From: Cytophagales bacterium
GTDB taxonomy: Bacteria; Bacteroidota; Bacteroidia; Cytophagales; JAAEPT01
Length of the DNA stretch: 64,000 bases
Assembly: GCA_965230415.1 (NCBI GenBank)
Contig: CBDDKZ010000001.1
Location: 77,184-141,183, forward strand
Direction of reading: 5' to 3'
In this document: one piece after another, positions 38,639 through 49,012 of the stretch
Layout of the letters: each line of letters opens with the position of its first letter
Numbering within the stretch: the first letter of the stretch is position 1
Made by a program: the position numbers and the translations under genes
The notes under the pieces: generated by a model
Told to the model about the DNA's origin: nothing
Databases searched by the model: none
What the model saw: the letters and a program-made list of their open reading frames with translations, nothing else

Positions 38639-40457
38639 AACAGTCTGCTATTAATGGAAGTTGAACAGAAATTATTACACCCAAATCTGGAAGAGATTCA
38701 ATAACAAAATGAGCATTAATTAATTCAGCTCTTTCTTTCATGTTAGATAACCCGTTACCAGTATTTTTATCGTGAACTTTCTTTAAAGCAACAGTTTGAT
38801 CAAAGCCAATACCATCGTCTTTAACAGTCAAAGTTAAGAACTCTTTATCATTTTTTAAATTTATTTGTATAAGATTGGCTTCTGCATGCTTAATTGCATT
38901 GTTCACAGCTTCCTGAGTAATTCTATAAAGTGATACCTCTATCTGCTTGTTTAGGCGGCTTGGTAGTTTTAATTCGTCTACAAAATTGATCTCGGTAACA
39001 ACAGATCTTGACAGCGATTTCACCATTTCCTTAATTGCCGGACCAAGTCCATAATTATTAATAGCACGTGGCAATATGCTGGAAGAAATTCGCCGGGCTT
39101 CTTTTATAGTGTCATAAATAACATGTCGTATGTGTTCAAATTGGTTTTCCTGCTTATCATCCTTTGAACTCAAAGCCTCCACGCTGAACTTAAGGGCAGT
39201 AAGTTGTTGGCCCACCCCGTCATGTATTTCCACAGCCATGCGTTTTCTTTCTTTTTCCTGACCTTCAATGATTGCATAAGAAGCTTTTCTTTGCTCTGAC
39301 AGTGCTTCCTTATGCTTTTCCTCATTGATGCGTTGCAATTCCAGCTCAGCCTCTTTTCTTAAAGTAATGTTACTTGATACAACCAGGTATTGATACAGTT
39401 TACCTTTCGCATCTTCTATAGGAATCATGGTGACATCCAGCCAAAAATTCTTCCCGGTCTTAGACTGATCCAATACCTCCCCCTGCCACACGGTACCTTT
39501 TATTTTCTCGTTCCTGATGTGCTTATAGATGATACTTTCTTCTCCTCCCTGATTATTGAAAAACAAAGGTTTACCAATCAACTCATATTCCTTGTACGTT
39601 GTTATTGCCTGGTATTTGTCATTAGCATATAAAATATTTCCCCACTCATCAGTTCTTATCATAACTGTGGCTTTGTCTAAAGCAAAATTTATATCACGGT
39701 TCTGACGGATTATTTCTTCCAGTTCCAAATTAGTAGCATTCAATTTTTCAGCTGTACGTATCGTTGTTAATTCAGACTCTAATAAACTATTAATAAACGT
39801 CCTTATCCTTCTGGCAGCAGGCTGAAAAATAAAGATCACTTCACATAGAAGTACCCCCAATACTACTACCATCAAATAATACTCAGTGCGTTTCAAACTT
39901 CGCACTTTGTCTGCCGACAACCGATCGTACTCGTCAACAATGTCATCCATCAATATGAGAAAATGGTATTCCGCATCCACAATGGAATTCAATATTGTAT
40001 GGATATTGTTTAATGAATCTTTGCCTTCTTTTATTAGTAATAATTTGTTAGCCGAGCTGATTATTACCTTAAAATATTCTTCTAATTCTGAAAAATAATG
40101 ATCTACTTCTTTTGTATTACCCTGTTTTACAAGCAAGCCCTCCCGTAAAGTGGCATGACTCCGTTCAAAAGAGGCGATATCTCTTATAAGCACTTGCTTA
40201 ATCTGGTCATTCCAGGTACCTGAAACAATTTGCAAACAGGTTTTAGTTATTTTTTGACTATACATACGTTGTTTACCAGCCCTGTTCACAACATGAGAAT
40301 CTGTTAATTGATTACTCAACGAATTTTGAATCAACACCTGACTGGTAATGGTTACCAAGGCTATAATTGTTAATGCAAGCGCATAGATAATATTGAAGTA
40401 GCGAAACGTATTCACCTTCGCTTCCTGCTTTCTCAATATGTCGTCTTTTTCAAGCAT
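38631..40457 (-). CDS. NarX-like nitrate/nitrite sensor kinase (P-box periplasmic domain, PAS, HisKA_3)
   Basis: VVNRAGKQRMYSQ P-box, 2 TM helices, PAS (VWQGEV...FWLDVTMIP), EIHDGVGQ, YRITQEAVNNA. A TATCTTTG promoter at 40467-40474 supports ATG 40457. Confidence 0.88.
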   Translation of the reverse strand: MLEKDDILRKQEAKVNTFRYFNIIYALALTIIALVTITSQVLIQNSLSNQLTDSHVVNRAGKQRMYSQKITKTCLQIVSGTWNDQIKQVLIRDIASFERSHATLREGLLVKQGNTKEVDHYFSELEEYFKVIISSANKLLLIKEGKDSLNNIHTILNSIVDAEYHFLILMDDIVDEYDRLSADKVRSLKRTEYYLMVVVLGVLLCEVIFIFQPAARRIRTFINSLLESELTTIRTAEKLNATNLELEEIIRQNRDINFALDKATVMIRTDEWGNILYANDKYQAITTYKEYELIGKPLFFNNQGGEESIIYKHIRNEKIKGTVWQGEVLDQSKTGKNFWLDVTMIPIEDAKGKLYQYLVVSSNITLRKEAELELQRINEEKHKEALSEQRKASYAIIEGQEKERKRMAVEIHDGVGQQLTALKFSVEALSSKDDKQENQFEHIRHVIYDTIKEARRISSSILPRAINNYGLGPAIKEMVKSLSRSVVTEINFVDELKLPSRLNKQIEVSLYRITQEAVNNAIKHAEANLIQINLKNDKEFLTLTVKDDGIGFDQTVALKKVHDKNTGNGLSNMKERAELINAHFVIESLPDLGVIISVQLPLIADCYV

Positions 40458-40740
40458 GAGCTCGAGCAAAGATACGGGTTAATACTTAATTACTGAATGA
40501 ATTTGCTATAATCTTAATAAAGTCAACGCTTTCAAACAGCGCTGGAAGCATCTGTTATGGTCTGTTTACCTCTGAAATGAACAAAAATGCTACAACTCAG
40601 AATGACTAAGACACAAAAAGTATCAATAATACCATTTTACAACAAGATAAAGCAGATTTTTTAGGTACACGCATGGATTACCTCTCATTAAAAATGGCCA
40701 TGTTTCGTAATTTGCATTTCGGATAGCCATCAAAAAATTA

Positions 40741-40791
40741 AGTATTTTTACTCAGTATTTTTACGATATTAGATAATTATGGCTATATTTG
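40741..40791 (+). promoter_or_regulatory. nirB promoter with tandem AGTATTTTTAC repeats and -7 element TATATTTG
   Basis: 11-bp direct repeat at 40741-40751 and 40754-40764; TATATTTG at 40784-40791. Confidence 0.6.
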
Positions 40792-40818
40792 CACCGAGCA
40801 GAAACAAAGAAACAAATC

Positions 40819-43314
40819 ATGAGTACTACAGGATCAAAGATAATAGTAGTCGGTAACGGGATGGTCGGCTACAAATTTTGCGAAAAGTTAGTAGCTAAAG
40901 GAATGCATACTACTAACGAGATTGTTGTTTTCGGAGAAGAGCCCTGGGTGGCATACGACCGTGTTCACCTGTCTGCTTATTTCTCCGGTAGTACGGTTGA
41001 AGATCTGGAAATGGCTCCAAGAAGCTGGTACGAAGAAAACAATATCCAGCTTTTGACATCTTCTCCTATAACGGAACTTGACCCTGGCAAAAAAGAAGTA
41101 AAAACATATAAAGGCGAAGTTCATTCATACGATAAGCTCGTACTTGCTACCGGATCTTCGGCATTCGTCCCACCTATTGACGGCGTTGATAAAGACGGAA
41201 TATTTGTTTACAGAACTATTGAAGATTTGGAACAAATTACCAGCTATGCAAAAAAAGCCAAAGTAGGGGCTGTAATAGGCGGTGGTCTACTAGGCCTGGA
41301 GGCTGCCAAAGCTTTATTGGATCTGGAAGTTAAAACACATGTAGTTGAATTTGCTCCGAGGTTGATGCCTCGTCAACTAGATAACAAAGGTGCAGATTTT
41401 TTAAAAGAAAAAATCGAGCACATCGGTGTATCCATCCACTTAAATAAAAACACTAAATGCTTTGCCGGAAATGGTTCTGTAGATGAAATGCAGTTTGCCG
41501 ATGGAGACAAACTTCCTGTAGATATGGTGGTAATCTCTGCCGGAATTAAACCTCGTGATGAGTTAGCAAAAAAGGCGGACATAGAAATTGGGCCACGGGG
41601 AGGAATAGTTGTAAACGAGAAAATGGAAACGTCGGCAAAAGACATTTATGCCATCGGTGAGTGCGCCCTCTTTAACAACATGATCTTTGGTCTCGTTGCT
41701 CCGGGCTACGATATGGCCGACGTGGTGGTCGAACAGCTCAATGAAGGCTCAAAGGTATTTATACAGCCCGATATGTCTACAAAACTCAAGTTAATAGGTG
41801 TTGACGTTGCAAGTTTTGGAGACCCTTTTGGTGAACTGGCTCCCTTTAAGTCAATTGTTTATGAGAACAGTTCTTCTGGTGTATATAAGCGTATTAACAT
41901 ATCACCCGATGGTAAACACCTACTCGGCGGGATCCTGGTCGGTGAAGCAGAAGAATATAACATGCTGTTACAAATGACTTTAAACAGCATGAAAATTCCC
42001 GAAGAACCTGAATCATTGATTATTAAAACCAGTGGCAGTGATGATGGCGGAAGTGGCGTAGAAGCCCTACCGGATAGCGCAATGATTTGTTCCTGCGAAA
42101 ATGTTTCCAAAGGAGACATTATACAGGCTGTGAAAGACGGCAACCAGGACCTGGCATCGCTCAAAGCCTGCACAAAGGCCGGAACGGGATGCGGAGGTTG
42201 CCTGCCACTCATAAAAGACATTCAGACACTGGCATTAAAAGAGCTAGGTATAGAAGTTAAAAAAGTACTCTGCGAGCACTTCGATTATAGTCGTCAGGAG
42301 CTATATGACATCATTAAGGTACGAGGTTACAAGACTTACAAAGAGGTACTTGAAGGGGTCGGTTCCGGTTGTGGTTGCGAAATATGCAAACCAGCTATAG
42401 GTTCTATTCTTGCAAGTCATTGGAACGACCTTGTGTTGAAGCAAGACACCATCCAGGACACTAACGATCGTTACCTTGCCAATATCCAAAGAGGTGGTAC
42501 CTATTCGGTGGTTCCTCGTGTACCAGGCGGAGAAATTACCCCCGAAAAACTGATTGTACTTGGAGAGGTAGCAAAAAAATACAATTTATACTGTAAGATA
42601 ACCGGTGGTCAGCGTATCGATTTATTTGGTGCACATGTAGGCGATCTACCTGATATTTGGGAGGAATTAATCGAAGCAGGATTTGAAACAGGACAGGCTT
42701 ACGGTAAATCGGTAAGAACTGTTAAAAGTTGTGTAGGTTCTACATGGTGTCGTTTTGGTGTTCAGGATTCTGTAAAGATGGCCATCGACATCGAAAACAG
42801 GTACAAAGGACTTAGAGCTCCGCATAAGTTAAAGTTTGCGGTATCGGGATGTACAAGAGAATGTGCCGAGGCCCAAAGTAAAGATATAGGTGTTATTGCG
42901 ACCGAAAAAGGATGGGCGCTTTACATATGTGGAAATGGTGGTACAAAGCCACAACATGCTGCATTGTTTGCTACAGACATCGATACTGAAACATTAATAA
43001 AATACATTGACAGAATACTTTCTTTCTATATTCGCACAGCAGATCCATTAACACGTACGGCCACATGGTTTAATAAGCTGGAAGGTGGCATGTCTTACTT
43101 AAAGGACGTAATTATCAATGACAGCCTGGGTATTTGTGACGAATTGGAAGCGCACATGCAAAACCAGGTAGATACATTTAAATGTGAATGGAAGGATGTT
43201 GTTGAAGACCCGGAAAAACGAGCAAAATTTACTCATTTTGTTAACGATGAAGAAAAAGATCCTAATATTGAATTTGTAGATATGCGTGGACAGATTATGC
43301 CTAAACCCTGGTAG
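40819..43314 (+). CDS. nirB: NAD(P)H nitrite reductase large subunit
   Basis: GNGMVG FAD site, GGGLLGLE, BFD-like Cys clusters, and siroheme/4Fe-4S ligands CVGSTWC and SGCTREC. Confidence 0.97.
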   Translation: MSTTGSKIIVVGNGMVGYKFCEKLVAKGMHTTNEIVVFGEEPWVAYDRVHLSAYFSGSTVEDLEMAPRSWYEENNIQLLTSSPITELDPGKKEVKTYKGEVHSYDKLVLATGSSAFVPPIDGVDKDGIFVYRTIEDLEQITSYAKKAKVGAVIGGGLLGLEAAKALLDLEVKTHVVEFAPRLMPRQLDNKGADFLKEKIEHIGVSIHLNKNTKCFAGNGSVDEMQFADGDKLPVDMVVISAGIKPRDELAKKADIEIGPRGGIVVNEKMETSAKDIYAIGECALFNNMIFGLVAPGYDMADVVVEQLNEGSKVFIQPDMSTKLKLIGVDVASFGDPFGELAPFKSIVYENSSSGVYKRINISPDGKHLLGGILVGEAEEYNMLLQMTLNSMKIPEEPESLIIKTSGSDDGGSGVEALPDSAMICSCENVSKGDIIQAVKDGNQDLASLKACTKAGTGCGGCLPLIKDIQTLALKELGIEVKKVLCEHFDYSRQELYDIIKVRGYKTYKEVLEGVGSGCGCEICKPAIGSILASHWNDLVLKQDTIQDTNDRYLANIQRGGTYSVVPRVPGGEITPEKLIVLGEVAKKYNLYCKITGGQRIDLFGAHVGDLPDIWEELIEAGFETGQAYGKSVRTVKSCVGSTWCRFGVQDSVKMAIDIENRYKGLRAPHKLKFAVSGCTRECAEAQSKDIGVIATEKGWALYICGNGGTKPQHAALFATDIDTETLIKYIDRILSFYIRTADPLTRTATWFNKLEGGMSYLKDVIINDSLGICDELEAHMQNQVDTFKCEWKDVVEDPEKRAKFTHFVNDEEKDPNIEFVDMRGQIMPKPW

Positions 43315-43354
43315 ACCCCGAAACGATCGTTAAGAGAATGACAATTTAGAAATT

Positions 43355-43717
43355 ATGGAAAACAAAGATTTAGACACTAAAAATATTACTTGGTTTAAAG
43401 CCGCATCGGTAGACAAATTCCCACAAGACGGCGGTGCATGCGTAAAATACAAAGATGAACAAATAGCCGTATTTAACTTCACTTCAATGGGCGAGTGGTA
43501 TGCTACACAAAACCTATGCCCCCATAAGCAGCAAATGGCATTATCGAGAGGTTTAATAGGTGATGCCAAAGGTGAACCGAAAGTTGCATGTCCATTTCAT
43601 AAAAAGCAATTTTCCCTTAAATCAGGAGATTGTCTTGATGATCATGATTGTGAGTCTATAAAAACATATCCAATAAAAATCGAAGAAGACATGGTTTATA
43701 TTGGAATTAGTGAATAA
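43355..43717 (+). CDS. nirD: Nitrite reductase small subunit (Rieske)
   Basis: QIAVF, NLCPH, LSRGLIG, VACPFH. Confidence 0.96.
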   Translation: MENKDLDTKNITWFKAASVDKFPQDGGACVKYKDEQIAVFNFTSMGEWYATQNLCPHKQQMALSRGLIGDAKGEPKVACPFHKKQFSLKSGDCLDDHDCESIKTYPIKIEEDMVYIGISE

Positions 43718-43738
43718 ATAGAAGCATGAAGTAAAATT

Positions 43739-43761
43739 AGAGGTTGTATTATACAGCCTCT
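43739..43761. terminator. Inverted repeat between convergent genes
   Basis: AGAGGTTGTAT-t-ATACAGCCTCT. Confidence 0.5.
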
Positions 43762-43788
43762 TGATTTACAGTTCTCTCTTTCCCGTTT

Positions 43789-44451
43789 TTATATACCCTC
43801 GTACAAATTATGACTGTAGGCATATTTGACAAGCCCGGCAACATTCCTTGCTCCTGTTTTTTCCAGTAAGTTTCGTTTGTGTGCATCAACGGTTCTCAAG
43901 CTTATAAACAATTTGTCTGCTATTTCCTGATTGGAGTATTCCTTGACAATTAATTCGAGTACTTCTTTTTCTCTCTTCGTCAAACTTACCGATTCATTCA
44001 AATTGGAGGTAGGTTTAGCTACTCTATTGCTCAGGTGGTTTAGAATGTTTTTAGTTACTTCAGGACTGTAATAACACTCCCCTCGAAGCACCGCGGTAAT
44101 CGCTTCTTTAACCTGGGTTGCCCCACAATTCTTTAGTAAATATCCGCGCACACCGACGTTTAACATTTGTTTGATATGCAGCGTTTCGTTCAGCATCGTC
44201 AAGGCAATCATGGCTATTTCTTCATCTCGCTCACGAACTCTTTTAGCGAGGGTAATCCCGTCCATTTCATCCATATTTATATCTAACATAATTAGATCGG
44301 GATGCACTCTATCCATAATATCAAGTGCCTCTTTACCATTTGGAGCCTCGCCCACTACCTGAAATTTTTCAGGATCCTCACTTAGGTAATTCCTGACGCC
44401 GTCACGTATCACCTTGTGATCGTCTACAAGCAATATTTTGACTGGTCGCAT
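43789..44451 (-). CDS. NarL/LuxR-family response regulator
   Basis: LVDDH, LDINM, GYLLK, LTKREKE...ISLRTVDAHKRNL. Confidence 0.95.
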   Translation of the reverse strand: MRPVKILLVDDHKVIRDGVRNYLSEDPEKFQVVGEAPNGKEALDIMDRVHPDLIMLDINMDEMDGITLAKRVRERDEEIAMIALTMLNETLHIKQMLNVGVRGYLLKNCGATQVKEAITAVLRGECYYSPEVTKNILNHLSNRVAKPTSNLNESVSLTKREKEVLELIVKEYSNQEIADKLFISLRTVDAHKRNLLEKTGARNVAGLVKYAYSHNLYEGI

Positions 44452-44452
44452 A

Positions 44453-46288
44453 TTATTTATCCTTTTTTATAGGAACACTAATCATAATCGATGTTCCTCT
44501 TTTTGGTTTACTATCCAGACTAAATATTGCAGCCATTGACTGAGCCCTGTTCCGCATACTATTTAGTCCGAAATGACTATTTACATCTTTTATTTCAAAT
44601 CCATCACCATCATCTTCGATGGTTAGAATTAACTCATCTTCATGTTGTATTAATTGAATTGATACCTCACTGGGATTGGCATGTTTCAATATGTTATTGA
44701 TTGCCTCCTGGGTAATGCGGTATAAATTCATCTCGACAGCCTGATCTAAGCGGCTATCAAAATTGCTGTAAAAGGAGAAACTAACAGTAGAAGCCATCCT
44801 TAAACCTTCCAACATACTTTCGACTGTCGGAATATAGCCGAAATCTTCAATCGACTTTGGCATTAAATTATGCGCAATCCCCCTGCTTTCATTGATGGCA
44901 TTATTCAAGAAATCGAGTCCCTTCTCAAAGCACAATTTACCTTTATCAGAAAGTTGCGCTAAATCTTTTGCAATACCTTCAAAACTCATTAAAGCGGAGG
45001 TCAGGTTTTGTCCAAGGCTATCATGAATTTCCTTAGCAATCCTTTTCCTTTCTTTATCTTCTGTTTCGAGTATAGTCGATATTATTTTTTCCTGCGCCTT
45101 CTTTCTATCCGTGACATCATAGAGAAAACCTTCAAAAGCAACCGCTTGTCCATCTTCACTAAATACCGGGCTCCCCTGCTCTATTACCCATCGTTCTTCT
45201 CCCATTTTTGTTTTAATTGGGTACGTAATTTCATACTGCCTTTTATTAGCCACAGCAATTTGAACATCATGCCATATTCTTTCGATATCCGAAACATTAA
45301 TTAAACTTCCCCAGCTGAGTGGGCTTTCCCCAGCATAAAACTCCCTGCCATAAAATCCGGTCAGATCTTTACATCGATCACTAATATATTCTACAGGTTT
45401 GTTTTTATCCAGGCCCCATCTAAAAACCACCCCCGGCAAACTACCAATTAAAGAGGTGTAGCGCCTGTTGGTTTCTATGAGAGAATCCTCCGTTTTTAAT
45501 TGCTGGTCTATATCTATAATTACCCCATAAAGTAACTTAGGGTTACCAAATCCATCGAATTCCACTACTTTTCCATGATCCTGAACCCATTTCCAGTCTG
45601 CATCCTGCGTCAAAACCCTGTAAATCACACTATATACAGGTGTTTCTCCATTTAAATGCCTTTTCAAGGCATTACTCGCATTTTGTATATCATGCGGGTG
45701 CAATACATTATCCCAGAAACTCAACTTATTGGGCACCAGCACCAGTTGCTTGGCTAGCTCGTCATGAGAAAACATCATAATCTGCGCCAGCCTTTTATTA
45801 AATGCCAATTTATTTGCTTGCACATCCCACTCCCATACTCCTAATTTCCCACCTTCTTCTGCAATATCCAGCTTATCACCTATAATTTCGATCTCACTCT
45901 TCTCTTGTAAAGTATCGTTTTCCCCTTTTAATTTATTATATATAGGTTTAATCCTATTGAGTTCATCATTTGGAATTATCATGACCGAATCATTAAAATA
46001 AGACGCTTCTTGCTTTTCAGTATCGTATTTTTTTAGCAAAACCATAGGAACTTCAGGGTACTTACGTTTAGCACTATTCAATATTTGCTTTAAGAAAAAC
46101 GCTTCATGATGCTCTTCATTAAAAATAAGCAGGTCGGGATAGTCATAGCCTAACTCAATCACAGAATCGTTCACTTCCTTTATTACAGACTCGTATGCCT
46201 CACCTACAACATCCTTTAGACGATCATTTAATTCTAACAATTTAGACTTGTCAGACCCTACAATAAATATCTTTTTTACATCGCTCAT
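44453..46288 (-). CDS. Cytoplasmic PAS-PAS sensor histidine kinase (HisKA_3) with degenerate receiver-like N-terminus
   Basis: No TM helix; GVWEWD and LHPHD PAS motifs; EIHDSLGQ; YRITQEAINN; DDGDGF; GLNSMRNR. Confidence 0.9.
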   Translation of the reverse strand: MSDVKKIFIVGSDKSKLLELNDRLKDVVGEAYESVIKEVNDSVIELGYDYPDLLIFNEEHHEAFFLKQILNSAKRKYPEVPMVLLKKYDTEKQEASYFNDSVMIIPNDELNRIKPIYNKLKGENDTLQEKSEIEIIGDKLDIAEEGGKLGVWEWDVQANKLAFNKRLAQIMMFSHDELAKQLVLVPNKLSFWDNVLHPHDIQNASNALKRHLNGETPVYSVIYRVLTQDADWKWVQDHGKVVEFDGFGNPKLLYGVIIDIDQQLKTEDSLIETNRRYTSLIGSLPGVVFRWGLDKNKPVEYISDRCKDLTGFYGREFYAGESPLSWGSLINVSDIERIWHDVQIAVANKRQYEITYPIKTKMGEERWVIEQGSPVFSEDGQAVAFEGFLYDVTDRKKAQEKIISTILETEDKERKRIAKEIHDSLGQNLTSALMSFEGIAKDLAQLSDKGKLCFEKGLDFLNNAINESRGIAHNLMPKSIEDFGYIPTVESMLEGLRMASTVSFSFYSNFDSRLDQAVEMNLYRITQEAINNILKHANPSEVSIQLIQHEDELILTIEDDGDGFEIKDVNSHFGLNSMRNRAQSMAAIFSLDSKPKRGTSIMISVPIKKDK

Positions 46289-46557
46289 TAATTGTTAATT
46301 TGAAAATCTCTTCAAAAAAGCATGAGTAGCTTCCATATCCTTCCTGGCCTTATACGTCCCCATAACGTGAAAATGGCGCGCTGAGATTTTCTGTACGATG
46401 TAGTACGTAACAAACGAAATTTTGATTCTTTTTTTTCCGGGATTTTGAGATAATTTCGATCAAAATAGCTTCCTATCGAAAAAATAGGCAATTTTGTAGG
46501 ATTACTTAATAATTCTTTAATAGAAAGAATCTTACTTTATACCAAACGATAGGACGT

Positions 46558-48975
46558 ATGATTTCAGCAGTACTTAATAAGCTGTTAACTATTCTAAAAT
46601 CCATGCTCCGGTCTATTATAGCGATTAAAGACCTGTCTATAAAAACGATCATTAAGCGAACACTTATTACGTTGTCTGTATGCATCGCCCTAATTATTGT
46701 CGCTTCCGTCTCATTTTTCTATGCTGTCAAGGCTGGATTTTTTGGAGAAATTCCTAACAAAGAAACATTACAGGACATTCAAAACTATGAAGCTTCCGAG
46801 GTTTACTCAAGCGATGGTGTATTATTAGGGAAATTCTTCTTAGAGAACAGAACCAATATAAAATTTGACGATTTAAGTCCTCATATAATAAATGCACTCA
46901 TTGCCACGGAGGATGCACGTTTCTATGAACACAAAGGAGTAGACAGACGTAGCATGCTTCGCGTAATATTTAAATCCATACTATTAGGAGACAAAAGTGC
47001 AGGGGGCGGTAGCACAATTAGTCAACAATTGATCAAAAACCTGTACGGACGCAAAAATCATGGAGCTCTTACAATGCCCGTAAACAAAATCAAAGAGGCG
47101 ATAATAGCTCAATTATTGGAAGAGTGCTACTCAAAAAACGACATCCTCGAACTTTACCTGAATACAGTTTCATTTGGAGAAGATACCTACGGGATTGGAG
47201 CTGCTTGCCTGCGTTTTTATAATACCACACCAGACGCAATATCCATTGAACAAGCGGCGGTACTTATCGGCTTATTAAAGGCTCCTACTACTTATAACCC
47301 CAGAATCAACCCGGAAAAATCAAAAACCCGAAGAAATATCGTATTAAACCAACTTTTTAAATACGAATATATAGACAAGGAAACTTTAGAGATTAATGTA
47401 AAAAAAGAAATAGTACTCAATTACACGCACATTACAAAAAATTCGGGCATTGCTACCTATTTCAGGGAACACATTCGCAAGGAATTGGAGAACTGGAGCA
47501 AAACTACTAAAAACGAAGATGGTGAACCTTATAACATTTACACGGATGGATTAAAAATTCATACAACCATCAATTCAAAAATGCAGACCTATGCAGAGGA
47601 AGCTGTTCTTGAACACCTGGGTACTTTACAACCCTTGTTTAAGAAACATATAAGACGAAGTAAAATCCTCAGATCGAGCTCCAAAGTGCTTTTAAGCAAC
47701 CTAAAAAAAACACCTGATTACAAAGAACTCAAAGCACAAAACCTGAGTGATAAAGAAATAATTGCTAAGCTTAAAACAGTGAAGCAAATTGAACTTTATA
47801 CCCCTAAAGAATATATTACGATTGAGGGTAGCGCCCTCGATTCGCTGCGACACTATATGGCTTTTTTACATGCAGGCTTTTTGGCAATAAACCCTGGCAA
47901 CGGAGAAGTATTGGCCTGGGTTGGAGGACTAAACCACAAAATATTTGAATATGATCATGTTCTAAGCAAGCGACAGGTAGGTTCAACTTTTAAGCCTTTT
48001 GTTTACGCCAATGCGCTGGAACATGGGATGAAACCCTGCAAATACATCAAAAACAATCGTGAAATTTATGAAGAATACGATAACTGGTCCCCCAGAAATG
48101 CCGACGGGAATTATGAAGGCTTTTACACTATGAAGGGAGGCTTAACAAATTCTGTAAATACTATAAGTGTAAAAGTACTTTTGGAAGCCGGACTGGAAGA
48201 AACGTTAATATTTGCCCGAAAAATGGGAATAGACAGTAAACTTCCCGATGGACCTTCTGTGGCTTTAGGAACGGCAAATTTGTCATTGTTGGAGTTACTG
48301 GGAGCTTATACCTCATTTGCCAATGAAGGGGTAAAAGTAAAACCTCAACTGATCAAAGAAGTCAAAAATAAAAAAGGCAAAGTTATCTATCGAAAAAAAG
48401 GCAACGAAGAAAAGGTACTGAGCAAGAAAAATGCGCATTTAATGGCCAATATGTTGCAAAGTGTTGTTAAGAACGGAACCGGACGACGATTAGCTTCCAC
48501 TTATAACATTCGAGATCAAATTGGAGGAAAAACAGGTACTACTCAATCTTATGCTGACGGCTGGTTTATCGGGTTTAATCCATCTTTATTAGCCGGAGTA
48601 TGGGTTGGTGCTGATGATCAACGTCTTCATTTTAGTTCTGGTAAATTAGGGCAAGGAGCCAATATGGCATTGCCGATATGGGCCAAATTCTGGAATAAAA
48701 TGAAGAAAGACGATGAGTTTAGTTCTTTAACAAAAACTCCCTTTCCGCGCATGAGTAGTCGTGAAAAAGAAATTTGTGATTGTGAGCTTTATGCAGACAA
48801 AAGGCCGGGACTTTTTAATCGTCTGTTTGGTAAGAAACATCATGATCATGATGATGATGAGCACATAGAATCAATGACCGAACTGAGCCACAGAAGAGCA
48901 AATACTCCACCCAAGAAGTACGTTCCCCGAAAAAAGACAAAAAAGAAGAAGTTCAGGCTTTTCAAAAGCCGTTGA
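46558..48975 (+). CDS. Class A penicillin-binding protein (PBP1A family)
   Basis: EDARF, GGSTISQQ, RQVGSTFK (SxxK), SVN, KTGT. Confidence 0.95.
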   Translation: MISAVLNKLLTILKSMLRSIIAIKDLSIKTIIKRTLITLSVCIALIIVASVSFFYAVKAGFFGEIPNKETLQDIQNYEASEVYSSDGVLLGKFFLENRTNIKFDDLSPHIINALIATEDARFYEHKGVDRRSMLRVIFKSILLGDKSAGGGSTISQQLIKNLYGRKNHGALTMPVNKIKEAIIAQLLEECYSKNDILELYLNTVSFGEDTYGIGAACLRFYNTTPDAISIEQAAVLIGLLKAPTTYNPRINPEKSKTRRNIVLNQLFKYEYIDKETLEINVKKEIVLNYTHITKNSGIATYFREHIRKELENWSKTTKNEDGEPYNIYTDGLKIHTTINSKMQTYAEEAVLEHLGTLQPLFKKHIRRSKILRSSSKVLLSNLKKTPDYKELKAQNLSDKEIIAKLKTVKQIELYTPKEYITIEGSALDSLRHYMAFLHAGFLAINPGNGEVLAWVGGLNHKIFEYDHVLSKRQVGSTFKPFVYANALEHGMKPCKYIKNNREIYEEYDNWSPRNADGNYEGFYTMKGGLTNSVNTISVKVLLEAGLEETLIFARKMGIDSKLPDGPSVALGTANLSLLELLGAYTSFANEGVKVKPQLIKEVKNKKGKVIYRKKGNEEKVLSKKNAHLMANMLQSVVKNGTGRRLASTYNIRDQIGGKTGTTQSYADGWFIGFNPSLLAGVWVGADDQRLHFSSGKLGQGANMALPIWAKFWNKMKKDDEFSSLTKTPFPRMSSREKEICDCELYADKRPGLFNRLFGKKHHDHDDDEHIESMTELSHRRANTPPKKYVPRKKTKKKKFRLFKSR

Positions 48976-49012
48976 CAATTTTTATTGTCACCACTTCAAA
49001 TTGAATACCTGG

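Noticed and set aside
48830-48975. His/Asp-rich then Lys-rich tail of PBP1A as a separate functional module
   Set aside because: Low-complexity charged tails are common on class A PBPs and nothing further supports a function.
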